NCBI GenBank assembly: GCA_030704615.1
Contig: CM060732.1
Coordinates: 69,688,001 to 69,752,000, forward strand
Reading direction: 5' to 3'
Length of the DNA stretch: 64,000 nt
Origin: Takakia lepidozioides
Taxonomy: Eukaryota; Plantae; Bryophyta
Below are positions 62,321 to 64,000 of the stretch, in pieces; within the stretch, counting starts at the first letter, position 1; every line of letters starts with the position of its first letter. Under the pieces are notes generated by a model that saw only the letters and a program-made list of their open reading frames with translations, made no database searches and had not been told where the DNA came from. Position numbers and translations under genes: made by a program.

Positions 62321-64000
62321 TGAGTGGTCGAGAGCTACTGTAACCGGAGAAACCGCAGGAGAGAACAGGGAGTGAGTCGGTCATCATCTCTGCAGGGGTG
62401 AGATTCAAGGGATGGTTGGAATCGTAGAGAAGCCGCTATCATTCGGATGTAACTGGAAATATTGAGTATCTCCATGTAGTTCCTTCTGGTTGGCATCTTC
62501 AAGCTCCTGAATGGATCTTGTGTGTGGTTTTCCAGGGGCCTCTTAATTGTTACTTACATGTTTGTCAAATCCAGCTTTTGCTTATCATTCATTGTTGCAG
62601 TAGATGTTCTTCTCAGTAATCAGTCTCGTAGATTTCAACTCAACTTCTCTACCAAGACTTCGTAGTTCCGCAGGGAGATGAGGGCGTTGGAACTCGTTTG
62701 TCATCTGTGAGACATTTCTTTGCTTGTCGATTGTGTATGGGAAAGATGTTGCGAAATGATTTCTTCCATTTTTACACTAATATGTCCACGGGCCAGGTTT
62801 TAGTCAGGTCAATGTCAATGACAGGAGTCTATAAGACTCCTACCTTCAAATGGCAAAGACCGTTACAAACCTGGTAAATTAATATCAGAGATCGGTCTCT
62901 TCGAGAGCATGGCTGTTCTAGCTGTGCATTGAACAGGCTATCTTTGAGTGGGCCCATCGTTGCCAGATGTGTCCTTTACGATCATCTGAGCTCCATAAGG
63001 GTTCTACATCGAGTTCAAATAACTAGTATGGCTTGCTTATTTTTTATGATTGTTTCTGACCTTCGTTAAAATCTACCGGGTGCGGAGTATTGTCCCCATA
63101 TCCCCCCGGTGCCGATATTATGCCGATGCCGGTATTATGCTGATGCAAGTGGCACTGAAAACATCTTATCGTTTTGTGGACTACTCCAGTACTTGTTTCT
63201 TGCTCTTTAGCTGGTCAGTGCCTGCATGACTGGGTTTGTCACGACATTTTAGTGGTAGATCTGTATAGGTTGATTTAGTGTCCGCCAAAAACTTCTGTCT
63301 GTCGAGTAAGTGGCTGTACTAGTTTTGGCAGTAGTCAACTCTGTTTGGCAATCACTAGTGATTCACTTACTTCCAGAGTTAAGCTCAATGTTGGTGCCTA
63401 ACCCTTCCCACTGATTGAAGGGGAAGCCACTGATAATCTGAGGAATTAAAGATTGAAGACACCTCCACTGCTAATCTTTGTTAAGCTCTCTCTCTTTTTC
63501 CAGGATGTAACAAGTTTGTTTTTCTCACACTCTGCTCACAGTAATGTCAGTGGAAGATAACGAAATCTTCTGTGAGATTGCTAATCTTTGCACCTACAAA
63601 TTTCTAATTAACTCTGCTTCATTCATGGACATTCTCTACTCACACAGATAGATACGGTATACCAGTGTCAATCCCAATCTTTTGATGGTAAAGAAGGTTA
63701 AATCCCTCACAAAGCAATACTACTTAGTAGGTAGTCTGGAGAGGCCGTTGCTGTTGTAGTCATGCATCGAATGCAGTCTTTATGTGATGATCGAAGTTCC
63801 TCGACGTTTTGCCCTGGAATTATATTTCACTGTTCAATGCAACAGAGTAACTCCTACCACCTGTAGGAGCCTCTTGGAAGCCAGCATGGAAATTCTCTTT
63901 TTCTTCACCTCATGAAGTACTTCAGAGTCTCCTGAGTTCCAACTAGTGGCAACTGGAGGTAATTACATTCTGTAGATTACCACTATGACAAAGCATGTAG

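Overview
Eukaryotic nuclear DNA from a land plant, probably a non-seed plant (inferred from intron-rich genes and repeat types; the species cannot be named). Five host genes can be reconstructed with GT-AG splice sites: a 9-exon uncharacterised coiled-coil gene (+, ~65-6266), RPL21 (-), a plastid-type WCPYC glutaredoxin (-), a secreted LRR-extensin chimera (-) and a 25-exon PRP28/DDX23 DEAD-box helicase (-). Region ~7.4-24 kb is a nested transposon pile: a Mutator-like (SWIM-family) pseudogene was hit by an old Ty3/gypsy element, whose gag was hit by a young chromovirus (5-bp TSD GAAGT, near-identical LTRs), and a ~0.9-kb inversion crosses the oldest junction. Region ~33-41 kb is a cluster of non-autonomous TIR elements, one carrying a ~117-bp satellite. 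Best candidate for an undescribed system: an LRX-type protein (signal peptide, LRR, extensin) fused within one exon to a C-type lectin domain with an intact EPN..E..ND Ca2+/sugar motif plus an EGF module. Second: a decayed extra ORF made of two tandem ~65-aa repeats upstream of gag in the old Ty3 element, which also has a -1 frameshift signal. All family assignments come from remembered motifs and by-eye comparison; no database search was run.
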